DNA of 64,000 nucleotides from Squalus acanthias (Eukaryota), in contig CM059431.1 of the NCBI GenBank assembly GCA_030390025.1, positions 123,196,001 to 123,260,000 of the forward strand. The letters are read 5' to 3'. A model generated the notes under the pieces. That model worked only from the letters and a program-made list of their open reading frames with translations, was not told the origin of the DNA and made no database searches. Positions 35,571 through 47,384 of the stretch are shown one piece after another (the first letter of the stretch is position 1; each line of letters opens with the position of its first letter). The position numbers and the translations under genes were made by a program.

Positions 35571-37922
35571 ATGGAACGACTCATAGTATTGCTCGCGGCA
35601 ATCGGATGTGGATTGGCCTATCGGGGCCTCACCAAGGATGTCGTGGTGTTTGGATGTTCCGGGGACACGGCCCCCATCGCGGTGGATGGGACCGGGAGAC
35701 GGAAGGCAGAAGGGACCAGCACCTATTTCCACAAGGGAAGGTGGCCAGGATGGCTGGGAACGAACTCAACGGAGTATTCCAGCACATCGGGGTTCGCCTA
35801 CAAAGAGACTTCTTTAATGTGCCCCAAAGTACGGATCATCGCACCCAGGATCAGCGTCACCGTCGGCAAACGGATTTGTTTGACCTGCAGTGGGAATGTC
35901 CCATTGAGCCGATGGTGGTGGCTGCGAAAGCTGAGCAAAACTATGAGGAACTCTTCGGTTGAGTGGGAGCGACTGGGTAATAATACCCATCGGACAATTA
36001 CGGGGACAAACGGACAAGTGAAAGTCTGTTGGGACAAATGGTGGGAACCGGATGAGGGGATTTATGTTTGTATGTGGGGGTCAAAGTACGTTTGCCCCAA
36101 AGGCATCTCCATATTCTTTATTAACCAGTGGCAGGATAACGGACAGGGGATGAGGTGGGATGCGAGCACCAGGGGGTGCGGAGCCCCATACTCTCCGATC
36201 CCAGTAAATGCCACTGAGCTCATTACGCGCCCACGCAAAGCCCCGCCCACGATTCCGGTAGTTCTAACTGAGGAAGAAGGGTGCCCTAAAACTAGTAAGG
36301 GACCCGGGAACGGTTTGGTACTGGTCCCCACAGACCAGATACTATTTCAGGGGGTACATTACGCGGTGGCCTCAGTGATTTTAAATCTCACTGAGGTACG
36401 GTTACCAGAGTGGTGCCCCAAAAAGACGGAACAGTTGTACCAGGTCCTGTTGACCAAGATGTTCAGGCAATTTTACGAGTTTGATTTTGCAGAAATTGAT
36501 AAGACAAGTTTGTACACCGCACCGCAGGAAGTTTTGGATCAAGTTGGGAGGCAAAGAAGGGGTTTGGTGAACGATGCGTTCACTGCTTTTAACACAGGGA
36601 CATCTGTGGTCAACGCTCTAGACAGTGTGGAGCTGCAGACCCAGATTAATGGTTTAAAAACACAGTTAAAGGATATTCTCACAGATGAGAATAAAGTGGT
36701 AGGGTCGGGTCTGCACGAGGACCAAGCCATGACACTACACTTAAAGGAAATCATAGCAGAGCTGGAGAAACATGCGCGTACGGTAAATGCCCTGATTAGG
36801 GAAGATCGGAATGCATCCGATCAGGCTGCGCAGAACGAGGTGTGCGTGCTTTACGGGGCGTGGTTACTGGGCGAGGGCCGCAGTAATTTGGAGGATTTAA
36901 AACAAGGTTTGGTCCCGTCCTGGATAAGTAACAAACACCTGCGGGCGCTCCACCCTTTTCAGAACGCATTAAGTCCGTGCCAGCTCAGGCTAGCTTCAGA
37001 AGCTTACCCAGTCCCCGTGGACTGCGGACGTTCAAACCATACTATTATGGGAATAGTATTACGCATGCCGGTTTTGGGCAACACAGCAAAGCCCGCCCCG
37101 GTGTATCGGGTAGAGAACATTGGTGTCATTCAGGGGGGAGCCCACATTCGTTATGCAGCGGTTCCACCTTACGTCATCCGCTGGGAGCAAACGATGACAG
37201 GTACAGATCTCTCTGGTTGTCGTGGCAGGGGAGCACACATAATACTGTGCCCCCAGCACTTGAATGCCTTTTTAACACCACAGTGCGGGTTCAGAACGGC
37301 TGGCGCCAAGTCCATGAATTGCACCATGGAGGCAATGGCACAAGATCATGTGCCTCCGCAGGTAGCATACATCGGGGGTGGAACATACTGTGTTACCACT
37401 GCAGCGCAACACTACCAGCATGGAAACCGTAGCCGGTGTCCGGTGAGTGACAGCAGTTTCTGTTTTAAACCCAGGGCTGAAGTTCAAGTAGCACAACAGC
37501 GAATTATCCCAATCCCTGAACCATCCACTGTTCATCTCACAGTAAAAGAGAATTTTACCGACTTGCAGCGATTTGTCGCACATTTTGGGTACCTCATTCC
37601 CCCTCTCCCTGAGCATTTAACCAAACTTCTGAAAGCCGTCGCGGTGTCACAAAAGCATTTTTATACATTAGAACAGAAAACCGTCGAGATAGGTACAGAC
37701 ATTTTGGACATAGTGGTTCCACCGTGGTGGAATCTGTTCACGAATATTGAAGTGCCCTCATGGGTCAGAATAGCCTCCCACATTTTAGTCGTCTGTCAAG
37801 TGTTTATTGTAGTATACCTTTTGTTCATACATTGTAAAAGAGACAAGCGCCTCACCAAGCATGAGAACACGGGAGAGTGGCGAGAACGTTACGTGCGCGT
37901 GCACGATGAGAGCGCAGTGTAA
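35571..37922 (+). CDS. env: Envelope glycoprotein (783 aa): signal peptide, Ig-like domain, F-like class I fusion core, TM anchor
   Basis: Signal peptide MERLIVLLAAIGCGLA; Ig motif C106..W..DEGIYVC167; furin site RQRR (36549-36560), then fusion peptide GLVNDAFTAFNTGTSVVNAL and heptad repeat; Cys-rich region; TM IASHILVVCQVFIVVYLLFIHC (37770-37835); short basic tail; several N-glycosylation sequons. Confidence 0.92.
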   Translation: MERLIVLLAAIGCGLAYRGLTKDVVVFGCSGDTAPIAVDGTGRRKAEGTSTYFHKGRWPGWLGTNSTEYSSTSGFAYKETSLMCPKVRIIAPRISVTVGKRICLTCSGNVPLSRWWWLRKLSKTMRNSSVEWERLGNNTHRTITGTNGQVKVCWDKWWEPDEGIYVCMWGSKYVCPKGISIFFINQWQDNGQGMRWDASTRGCGAPYSPIPVNATELITRPRKAPPTIPVVLTEEEGCPKTSKGPGNGLVLVPTDQILFQGVHYAVASVILNLTEVRLPEWCPKKTEQLYQVLLTKMFRQFYEFDFAEIDKTSLYTAPQEVLDQVGRQRRGLVNDAFTAFNTGTSVVNALDSVELQTQINGLKTQLKDILTDENKVVGSGLHEDQAMTLHLKEIIAELEKHARTVNALIREDRNASDQAAQNEVCVLYGAWLLGEGRSNLEDLKQGLVPSWISNKHLRALHPFQNALSPCQLRLASEAYPVPVDCGRSNHTIMGIVLRMPVLGNTAKPAPVYRVENIGVIQGGAHIRYAAVPPYVIRWEQTMTGTDLSGCRGRGAHIILCPQHLNAFLTPQCGFRTAGAKSMNCTMEAMAQDHVPPQVAYIGGGTYCVTTAAQHYQHGNRSRCPVSDSSFCFKPRAEVQVAQQRIIPIPEPSTVHLTVKENFTDLQRFVAHFGYLIPPLPEHLTKLLKAVAVSQKHFYTLEQKTVEIGTDILDIVVPPWWNLFTNIEVPSWVRIASHILVVCQVFIVVYLLFIHCKRDKRLTKHENTGEWRERYVRVHDESAV

Positions 37923-38333
37923 TGGGAAAATGGCGTCACTCCCGCTCGCCACGTGCGCCGCGGAAGTTTGTACTCATTGTAAATACGTTGGAAACTCGAT
38001 ATGTTTAAGAGTCGGGATTTGTTTATTTTGGTGATGGTGTTGATTGTTTGGTTTTTGGGTTTTGTTTTTCCTTCCCTTGAATAAAAGACAAATATACAGG
38101 TGATGCGTGAGGTATCGGCCTGGTTACGCCGGGAAGGAAAACAAGTGGTGTAAGTTTAAGGGCAAATGATGCCTACGGTGATATAAAATGTGATTTTCTT
38201 GGGAAATAAGGACGACACAGAGACCTAGTGAAGTTAAAATTTTATGGGATTAATTTACTGGATTCGGAGTGAAATCGAGATAAGATTGCTCACCACTGAG
38301 ATTTTTGATACGATAAGCGGAGTTATTCGCATC

Positions 38334-38345
38334 AACAGGAGGGAC
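38334..38345 (+). promoter_or_regulatory. Polypurine tract
   Basis: Purine-rich stretch (caggagggg-type, ending ...ggagggac) immediately before the 3' LTR start tgtag at 38346. Confidence 0.7.
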
Positions 38346-39975
38346 TGTAGAATTCGCAATTATCGCGATTTCATTTTTAATAAGGAGAAAACACAAAGTT
38401 TCGTTCAAAACAGCTTTTATTTCAGCGGAATGCTGTCAGGTTTAAATTGGACACAAGCAGCCTGTAAAATGGCCGCCGCACCTCGTGACAGAACATTCTA
38501 GACTTTTCGGCAGGCAGACAAGATGGCGTTCCAATAAACATTCTTGCAAGATCGATAACGATTCAGCACAGTGAAGACAATACACAGGACATTATGGGTT
38601 TACAGTATAAACATCGATACTGGAATCGGTCTCCCAGGTACAAAGGAAAGCCATCAAGGGCCCATCCAAAGGACATTAGTATGTAAACTCCCAACGGCTC
38701 TACGATGAGAGAGCCGTTAGCAGGTAGTTATACAGGACACTTGGAAGCCCCCAAACCCCTCCAGGGGGAACACCGACCGATTTAACAATGGGAGAAATAT
38801 TAACAGGTACTCAAACATTCAGGAGTAGCCCCGAAACCCATTAAGGACAGAGATCACCCATACAGGACTTTTTGGGCGCCAAACCTTAAACAAAAGAATG
38901 GACATTGTAGTTGGGCGGGAAACGGAAGAACTGTGCACTATAATTGCAGGCCCAAACCGTCCATTCGCTCTCTGGCCTCTTGCTCTTTTGCTCTTGACTC
39001 TTGTCGCTTGCTGCTGTTATCATCGTGGCTGCTCCTGTGTTTTATCCGGTCGATTCGTAACCTCGTGGCTGCTCCTGGGTAAAAGACTGTTGCAAAGACC
39101 TATGTTGGTAGCTGGCAGCGGAACCGAAGGCCCGGGATGAGATGAGATGAGATGAGATGAGAGGAGAAGAGAAGAAGACCTTATCCATCGCCACGGTCAG
39201 TAAATCCCGACCGCGCCTGTAGGTCGATCAGCCAAGTCTTCTCGACAGGAAGTTTTCTTCTTTAACAAGACATATTGCATCAATGATAACTGGACTGTGC
39301 AAACACATCGTATCAGTGATATTGACAACGGTGCTCCACGATTAAACTTTGAAGCCCACCAACAGAGGTCTTCACTACAGCGGACGGTCCAGCCGACTGA
39401 CCGAGCAGCAGAAGCAGTAAACAAGTGGGACCAGGAGATCTCCTGACCAACACGTGGGTGCTGCGGTGAAAAACATCCGATCAGCTATTCGGGATTTCTC
39501 CGAGTTATTACGAGTGGTGAGCATGAGTCTCGGGATCCTACGAAGCTAGTTTTAGGATAGTTATTGATAGGGGAGGGTTTAAAGTTTAAGGATATTTGTA
39601 ATGTGTGCCCTATTTACGTTGTGCTGGTCGTTCCTCGTTTCCCTAAGAGTGATTATAACTGTTTGTAAGATTGTACTGTCATTAATCTGTGCATATGACA
39701 TGTATTTCATAATTTTAAGTATCATGCAATAAAGATTTTCCATTTCGTACCGTTCAAACCAAGTCTACATGAGTTTTATCTCCATTACTGCTCTCGCATC
39801 TAAGTCCAGTGTCTAGAACCGTAAGGGAGAGTGATTCGAACCACTCACAGGGGTGTCTAGTGTTCCCAGACTGGCTGGAGACCAGGCCTAGACCCGCACT
39901 GACATACAGGCTGCACAGAGCCGCGTGAACCTCACAGGCCACGAGACACGCAGGGTCAGGAGAGTATCCCTTACA
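38346..39975 (+). repeat. 3' LTR (1630 bp)
   Basis: Same sequence as the 5' LTR by eye except (gatga)5; AATAAA at 39728-39733; followed by the TSD agag. Confidence 0.97.
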
Positions 39976-40365
39976 AGAGGTGGAAATAGGCGGTCTTAGT
40001 TATGCTGCGGATATGTGGTCGGAAGCTCATTTCAGGGTCAAATATGACACCAAGATTGCGAGCAGTGTGATACAGCCTCAGACAGATGTTAGGGAGAGGA
40101 ATGGAGTCAGTGGCTAGGGAACGGTGTTTGTGGCGGGGACCGAAAAAAATGGCTTTGTTCTTCCCAATATTTAATTGGAGAAAATTTCTGCTCATCCAGA
40201 ACTGGTCTGACAATTTAGAGACCGTGGAGGGGTTAAGAGAAGTGGTGGTGAGGTAGAGCTGGGTGTCGTCAGCGTACATGTGGAAACTGACGCTGTGTTT
40301 TCGGAAGATGTCGTCAAGGGGCAGTAGGTAGATGAAAAATAGGAGGGGCCAAGTGGATGCACAAG
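39976..40365 (-). mobile_element. L2 fragment, right half (RT region)
   Basis: [11 protein letters not shown]...[11 protein letters not shown]...NFLQLNIGK...[13 protein letters not shown], a typical L2 RT; continuous with 30453-30791. Confidence 0.9.
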
Positions 40366-42433
40366 GGTAAGCACGTGGGTGTTTTAATAACTGTGTGAAG
40401 TTTCCGTAATGTGATGTCACAGATAAAACATTTTATTTTCACCACTTTCCGGTCATGCCATTTGTGTATGCACTTTGGAAGTGGCTTAGTGAGTTGCAGT
40501 GAATGGAGAGACATAACGTTACCTCCAGCAATGGTGGTCAGTGTGAAAGGAATGGCCTGGTCATTATAGGGATGCTTTATGGTGTTGCTGTAGGGTGTTG
40601 GCAGCCTGGCACAGCATATGGCAGCCATATGGGTGTAATGCCTGAAGTTAAGTAAATCTGGCCATGATGAGGCTATCCCTGACCTCCCGGGCAGCAACTT
40701 GTTCGGGTGTTGGTGGCATCTGGACTGCAGGTCCCTCCTGCTCCTCCTCCTCCTTGTCTTCCAACTGATGCTCCTCCTCCTCCTCCTCCTGCTCTGAAGA
40801 TGCTGTGTGCTCAGTGCCTTGCTCCTCGTGCAGCGCTAATCCTTGCTGCTGTGCTATGTTGTGCAGGGCGCAGCAGACCACGATGATTCTGGAGACTCTG
40901 GCTGGTGCATTTTGATGGGCTGCTCCAGATCTGTCAAGGCATCTGAAGTGCATTTTCAGCATGCCTATTGTCTGCTGTATGACGCATCTGGTGGAAATAT
41001 GGCTTTCATTCTATCTCTCCTAGGCTTCATGACATGGCCTCCTCAAGGGTGTCATGAGCCACATCTTCAGTGAATAGTCCTTGTTTCCAAGCAGCCAGCT
41101 GGAAAGTCTGTTTGGAGGAGTGAAGAGCTGGACTAGCGCAGGACGAAAGAGTCATGGCAGCTGCCAGGGAATTTGGTGCAAATATGCATGATGATCTTCC
41201 TACGGTTGCAGACCAGCTGCACATTGAGGGAGTGGAAGCCCTTGTTGTTGACAAAGACTCCTGGGTTATGATGGGGTGCCCTGATGGCCACATGTGTGCA
41301 GTCAATAACACTCTCCACCCGTGGGAAGCCAGCCAGAGTGGCAAAGCCAAGTGCCCGCTCAATAACACTAGTTTCATCAGTGGCAAAGTTGATATAATTG
41401 GCTGACTTGTGAAACATGGCATCAGTGACCTGTGTGATGCATCTGTGGGCAGCCGACTGCGAGATGCTGCCAATGTCTGCTGCAGATTCCTGGAAGGAGC
41501 CTAAGGCGAAGAAGTTGAGCGCGCTGGTGACTTTGACAGCCACTGGTAAGGTGTGTCCACCCACTCCTCTGGGCTGCAGGTCTTGCTTCAGCAATCTGTA
41601 AATGTCTGAGACGACCTGTCATGATAGCCTGAGCCTCCTTTGGCACTGCTGCTCAGTCATATTGTGGAAGCTTATCCTCTGCCTGTATACCCTGTGTTGG
41701 GGGTATTGCCTCCTGAGCGGCGCAGCCCTGTGCTGATGCCCTCTGTCCTGTGCAGCATCAGGTTAGTGAGGAGAATGTCGGTGGTGATCTTGGTGCTGCT
41801 GCTGGTGTGCCTGGTACTGCTGGTGTTGGGGCCCTTCGAGCTCTGATTCTGAGCACCAAGGTGAGACAGTATAAATGGCACCCATGCTGATGTAATAGAT
41901 GGCAGGTCAAGTAGAGCTGACAGAAGCAATCTGTCAATGGTGTGATAGGCGGTACCAATGAGGTGACAGTGGATCCCGACTTTGCTGAAAAGACTTGCAA
42001 CCTCTAGAAATCTAAATCTGTGCTGACAATACACTCAGCAACAGCATCTGCCTTAGGAAAGTAATTAGGTGTCAAGTGGGAGTATTTATTGTGCTTTCCA
42101 TGCTGTGCACTAATGAGCTGGATCAATGGCCACTGAACCTCTGCCTCAGGTTCACAGACGTGGTTCCCGAGGTGCGTGATTCCCGTAGTCATCCAGGGAA
42201 ATTTGAAAGTTAGGGTTGAAAAAATGATTCAGGGCCTGGGAAGTACCAAATAATCATCTGATTATCTCGACCTCCTTTGCTGTTCGGGTTACTGTCACGT
42301 TGGCAAACGTGCCTGAGGGAAAGGCGCGTGGAGGCAGGATGACAGCGGGTTCCGGATCCGCTCCAACATATTTCAAATTTCCCTCCCAACCCGCCTCCAT
42401 TCCTGCCCGCACGGATGTCAGAAAATTCCAGAC
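40366..42433 (-). mobile_element. Harbinger transposon arm with HARBI1-like transposase pseudogene (~41885-40648)
   Basis: [20 protein letters not shown]...[10 protein letters not shown]...[16 protein letters not shown]...[14 protein letters not shown]...[21 protein letters not shown]...CCALHNIA; TIR-like gaaaattccagac at ~42433. Confidence 0.87.
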
Positions 42434-42434
42434 A

Positions 42435-43020
42435 TGGGTTTTAAGGAGGGTCTTAACCGAGGAGAAGGAGTTAGAGAGGCAGAGGTGTTTAGGGATGGAA
42501 TTGCAGAGAGTGAGGCCTTGACGGCTGAAGGCACAAGTGCAATGGTGGGACAAAGGAAGGGGGATGTACAAGGAGCCAGAGTCAGAGGAGTGGAGAGTTA
42601 TGGGAGGATAGTAGTGCTGTAGGAGATTAAAGATAGGGAGAGGCACAGTTATGGAGGGATTTAAACACAAGGATGAGAATTTTAAATTAGAGGCATTGGG
42701 GGACCAGGAGCCAAGAAAGGTTAGCAACGGCAGGCTAATTTGTGAGTAGGACTTGGTGTAGGATAGGATAAAGGCAGCACAGTTTTGGATAAGCTCAAGC
42801 CTACAGACAGTGGGGCTCAGGAGGCTAGCCAGAAGAACATTGGAGTAGTCGAGTCTGGAGGTGACAAAGGCATTGATGAGGGTTTCAGTGCCAGATGGGC
42901 AGAGGTGGATGATGTTATGGAGGTGGAAGTAGGTAGTCTTTATGATGTAGAGGATTACAGGATTGAAAGCTAAATTCATGGTCGAATAGGATTGCAGTTA
43001 AGTTTAGACTGAGACACGTG
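42435..43020 (-). mobile_element. L2 LINE fragment
   Basis: AFVTSRLDYSNVLLASL...LELIQNCAA, an L2 ORF2 C-terminal motif. Confidence 0.85.
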
Positions 43021-43823
43021 TCAGGGAGGGGGCTGGGGTCAGCAGCAGTGACAGCACTCACGGCAGTCATTTACCAGATAAGGAGACATATTCAGAAGCA
43101 GCAATAGAAAGCATATTCATTCAGCCTATTTGCATGTACAACTCAGCACAAATAGCACCTCTACAGAACATCTTCATCAAGCACGAATAGGTATGCCAGT
43201 CTAAAATCAAATCTCTCCCAAATTATTGTGCTGATAGACCATGAATGATATTAAAGTTGACTGGAGTTAATAAATGTATGTATTTTGGATATTTCGAAGT
43301 GTTCATAGAAGTGAGGAGAGCGGAGACCCTCATGCAAGCATTAATGACCTGAGGAATGTACAGCACAGCAGAGATGCAAGTGAAATCAAAAATCAATTTG
43401 CTAATAATGCTGAACATCAATCTTGTAAAACCTCAAATTGTCCACATCAGAACTGTTCATACCTGGGTACTGAAGGAACATTTAAATCTTAGATTCATTC
43501 ACATACATTAGCCAAATGTCAAAAAGTGCTTGCATCGCTGTAAAAGGTCAGGTTCCTATTTTCGAACAGCTGAAAGCTGACAAAACAAAAACAAGAATGC
43601 TTCTACTTTGCAGAAATAAAACAATTAATTAGAGTTTGGAAGCAGGCAATTCACATTGCTGAGTTTATTGGCTGTATTTCATCCTGCCTGCTTCGATAGC
43701 AAAATATTACTGCCTATGTAATTTTGATCCTGGAATATTATTGAAGCTAATGACAACTCTTATTCATTTCATTATTTAATGGAGAAAATATAGCTATTTT
43801 TAGGTTATACAACCTGGCTGCTA

Positions 43824-44547
43824 GGGGAAAAATTTGGTATTGACCATTTTGGGGCGCTAACATCGCGTGGGCGCTAACTTTAGCGCCTGGCGCTAATTAG
43901 CATGGGCGACTGCAAACTTCAGTTTTAGCATCCCAAGAGGGAGGTGGAACATTAATTCAAGCGCTCAACTTCCTTCTTAAAGCGCTAACCCCAAATATCG
44001 GGGCGGTGCGTTCTGCAGCGCTATGCACTGGACCACATAGCGCTGCAGCATGGAAGGGCTCTTCCCCTCATTAAAGGGGAGGACCCAAGCCCACAACTCT
44101 GTGGGGCCCTACCTGGACCACCGGGGAGCGGGGTGCCGTGCCAGCAGCCCGGCACACAAGAAGAGTGCCGGGCTCCCAGATCGCGGCACGGACCCCGCGT
44201 TGAAAGATACAATGGTCCGCGACAAGTAAGTCGGCTGATTTTTTTTCCCCGCCCGCCACCTCCCCTTTACTTAGCGCCCCGCGAGCCTCCTGCTGCTCCG
44301 TTCCTGCCCCCTGAATTGGTCGCTGTCATCGCCATGTGCAGATTCAGGGGGCACGGGTCAATTTTGCAGGCGGGGCAAAAACGGGGCGCTGTGCACGGTG
44401 ATGACGTCGTTATCGCCTGCACAGCGGAGCGGGGCACTACCAGTTACCGTCGCCACTGAACTCCCGCTGAATTTAGCGGGAATCGTTAGCGGTGTCGCGC
44501 TCGGGCAGAAAGCCCCCGGAGGCGCTAAGATACCCAATTTCTAGCCC
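43824..44547. mobile_element. Harbinger-type MITE
   Basis: Ends ggggaaaaatttggtat / atacccaatttctagccc; related to 28088-28958. Confidence 0.65.
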
Positions 44548-44663
44548 TCTATCTCTAAAGGTAATTTATCTCTGTTCATTCCATCTCTAGCAAAGCTTGT
44601 ACGGTTCAAAGAAATTTAGTCACCACAACTTTAATATATTTAACACAATCATATATACTAAAC

Positions 44664-44970
44664 GTCTTTCGGATGAGGCGTTAAACTGAAGCCCGTCTGC
44701 TCTCTCAGGTGGATGTAAAAGATCCATTGGCACTATTTTGAAGAAGAGCAGGGGCGTTATTCCTGGTGTCTTGGTCAATATTTATTTCTCAATCAACTTC
44801 ACTAAAACAGATTATCTGGTCATTATCACATTGTAGTTTGTGGGAGCTTGCTGTGCACAAATTGGCTGCTGCGTTTCCTACATTACAACAGGGACTCCAC
44901 TTCAAAAAGTACATCATTGGCTGTAAAGCACTTTGGGATGTCCTGAGGTCATGAAAGGCATCATATAAAT
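44664..44970 (+). mobile_element. Deu-domain SINE, 5'-truncated
   Basis: gtctttcggatgaggcg...gatccattggcactattttgaagaagag core; same family as 10885 and 53262. Confidence 0.72.
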
Positions 44971-45613
44971 CTGTTGAGTGAACTACATCAAACTGGAACA
45001 GTGAGCAGAGGCTGGATTCTGTTTGCGTTATGAGAATTAAACCTGAGATTGCATCAAATCTCTTTCACCAAATAAAATGCCCAGGAAATACAAAAACCTT
45101 CATCTCTAATCCTATTCATTTAGTCATCAGCCCTGATATACTGGCATTCTGCTCTTGACATTAACCACCAATGAAAACAAATTAATTAGTTTTACTGATC
45201 TTCTAAAGATTAGCTTCCTTTTATTCTGGTAGCTTCTTCATGCACCATAGGTCAATACTCCAAGTAATTCCTCCATTGAGCATTTATGAATCCTGGGTTA
45301 AACTCAAAAGATAAAATTTCAGAGACCCCAGCGCCCTTAAATCAATGATAAAGGCCTTTGGATGCTCAAACTTTCCAGATCAATACTCAAACCTTTCTTG
45401 TCAGGCACTCAAGTTTCCCACATCATCACTTGAGATCTTCCTGCCAGATGTTCTAGTCTTTCCTCAGCAGATGCTCCAGCATCAGATGTTAATGATCCAG
45501 TCTTTTATGTCGAATACACTTCCTCTTCAAAAGCTTTCCATCAAATGTCAGTCTTTTTTTATTGCTGCATTTTGGAAGCTCACCAGCATCCAAGAATCTA
45601 AGGAAAACTTTAT

Positions 45614-47384
45614 GGGCTGGATTTTGGCGGCGCTCAGAGGGCGGGTTCGGAGGCAGGTCAGCTGTCAAAATAGGAAAGATTGACAGATGGTAGGGAACCC
45701 ACTGTCAACCCGCCTCCACGCGAGTCTGCCAGGTGTCGGGTCTGTCTGCGCAGAACTGACCCGACACCAAGCGGCGGGGGAGACAATTTATATCATTAAA
45801 TGGCAAATTTAATGCTAATTTGAGCCTAACTTCTAATTTTACGTGCTCCCCCACGGGTTACCCACTGCTCGGGGAACATGACAGCTCACTCTGTCGTGAG
45901 TTGAGTCTGCTTTGATTTATCTGATTAACTGACAGCTGCAGAAGTGGTATAAAGGATACCATGTTGCAGCTGTTCAGTTTCAGAGCTCAGAAACTGTTGG
46001 TTACTGCACTTGTAAGACATATAGAGCTTTCTGTAGCTTGCAAGGGTTTCGAGCCAACTCTCTATCCAGTGGCACCTCATTGGAACAACCTCTCTCACCA
46101 TTGACGGATTTGCTTCTGTCATCTCTCTGTCGTCTGCCATCTATTACATCAGAATGGGTACGGTTTACAATCTTTAACCTTTGGTCCTCAGAATCTGACC
46201 ACGATCAGCCCCAACACCAGCAGCACCAGGCACAACAGCAGCACCCACAACAACACCAACCTTCTCCACAATCAACTGATGCTGCACAGGACACAGGGCA
46301 TCAGCACCCGAGCACAGTGCTGGTGGGGAGGCCAGGGATGGCCTCGCCATGGCCACAATTTACTTCACTTGACGTTGTACAGCTTGGCACCACCCCACAC
46401 TAACACCGTAAAGCATCCCTACAATGCCCAAGCCATTCCTTTCACTCTCATCACCATTGTGGGGGGGGGTTGGGGGGGTGTACCGTTATGTCTCACCATT
46501 CACTGCATCTCACTAAACCACTTCTGAAGGTGCACACAAATCTGTCCAAGAATGCAAAGTGTTGAAAATAAAGATTTCAATGTTTGACACCATATTAACA
46601 GGAACTTCACATGAATATTGGCTAAAGTACACAAGTGCCTACTCTTGTGTGTCGTCAGTTGGTATGATTGGACTAGGATGAGGGTGAGTTTGAGGGGTGG
46701 CTAGTGAGATGGGGAAGTGATAATGTAGCTAGAGAGGGATGGGTGGAGGTGCAAGGTAAGTTGGTGTGAGTAAGGATGTGCAGGAGTAGGGTAGGGAAGG
46801 CAGAGTTTCGGGGATGTAATGAATGGCACAGTAGGATGAGGTTGAGTGTGGCTTTGCAGTAACGTTTCATGAACTACTGAGATCATTGAAACGTTTGTGC
46901 CACTGCAGCCTGGTCCTCCTTACGACATCCCTGCTTGTGTCCTCCTCAGCTATTTACAGCCAGGCTGCATTGGTCTCCTGGGGAGGTCTCATCCGACCAC
47001 TGGCAAGGAAGAGAACCTCCCTGCGTGTTTTGACTCCCTCCACAAGAACATGGAGGGTGTCATCACTGAATTGAGGTGCAGCCCTCTGCCTTTGTGAGCT
47101 CATTTTTGGAGTTGAACAAGCTATCTCAGCAATGGTCGTTTCAAATTCAGGAAGTGGAATGAAGTGGGGCCATGGGCTCTTTAAATAAACCGGCAAGAGC
47201 AGCATCCGCGCTGACGTCACCTGACCCGCACTTTCTAATAGGGTCGGGAAACGTGACGGGCGGGCTTAACAAGGCCCATTAATGTAAAATCCTTTTTTTT
47301 GGCAGGCTTCAGTAGGCAGCGGGACCGTATCCCGACAACGACCTCTCTCGCCCTGAACCCACCTCGGCCAGCAAAATCGCGGCC
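45614..47384. mobile_element. Internally deleted Harbinger transposon (transposase 5' end on +, Myb/SANT exon 1 on -)
   Basis: TIRs gggctggattttg / caaaatcgcggcc with 3-bp TSD tat; minus ORF MSSQRQRAAPQFSDDTLHVLVEGV...; + region similar to the 5' end of the 40366-42433 transposase. Confidence 0.85.

Larger units (their letters stand above)
30792..39975 (+). mobile_element. Young endogenous retrovirus-like LTR element: LTR-PBS-gag-(UGA readthrough ORF)-env-PPT-LTR, lacking pol
   Basis: Paired LTRs with TG...CA ends, AGAG TSD at 30788-30791 and 39976-39979, intact gag and env, CpG retained; no PR/RT/RH/IN motifs in any frame between gag and env. Confidence 0.96.

Noticed and set aside
39971..40420. 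RT motif (YADD) next to the ERV as its missing pol
   Set aside because: It lies outside the 3' LTR, on the opposite strand, is L2-type, and belongs to the LINE the ERV inserted into.
40648..41885. Host HARBI1 gene
   Set aside because: Multiple stops and frameshifts and a transposon context; a relic, not the domesticated gene.
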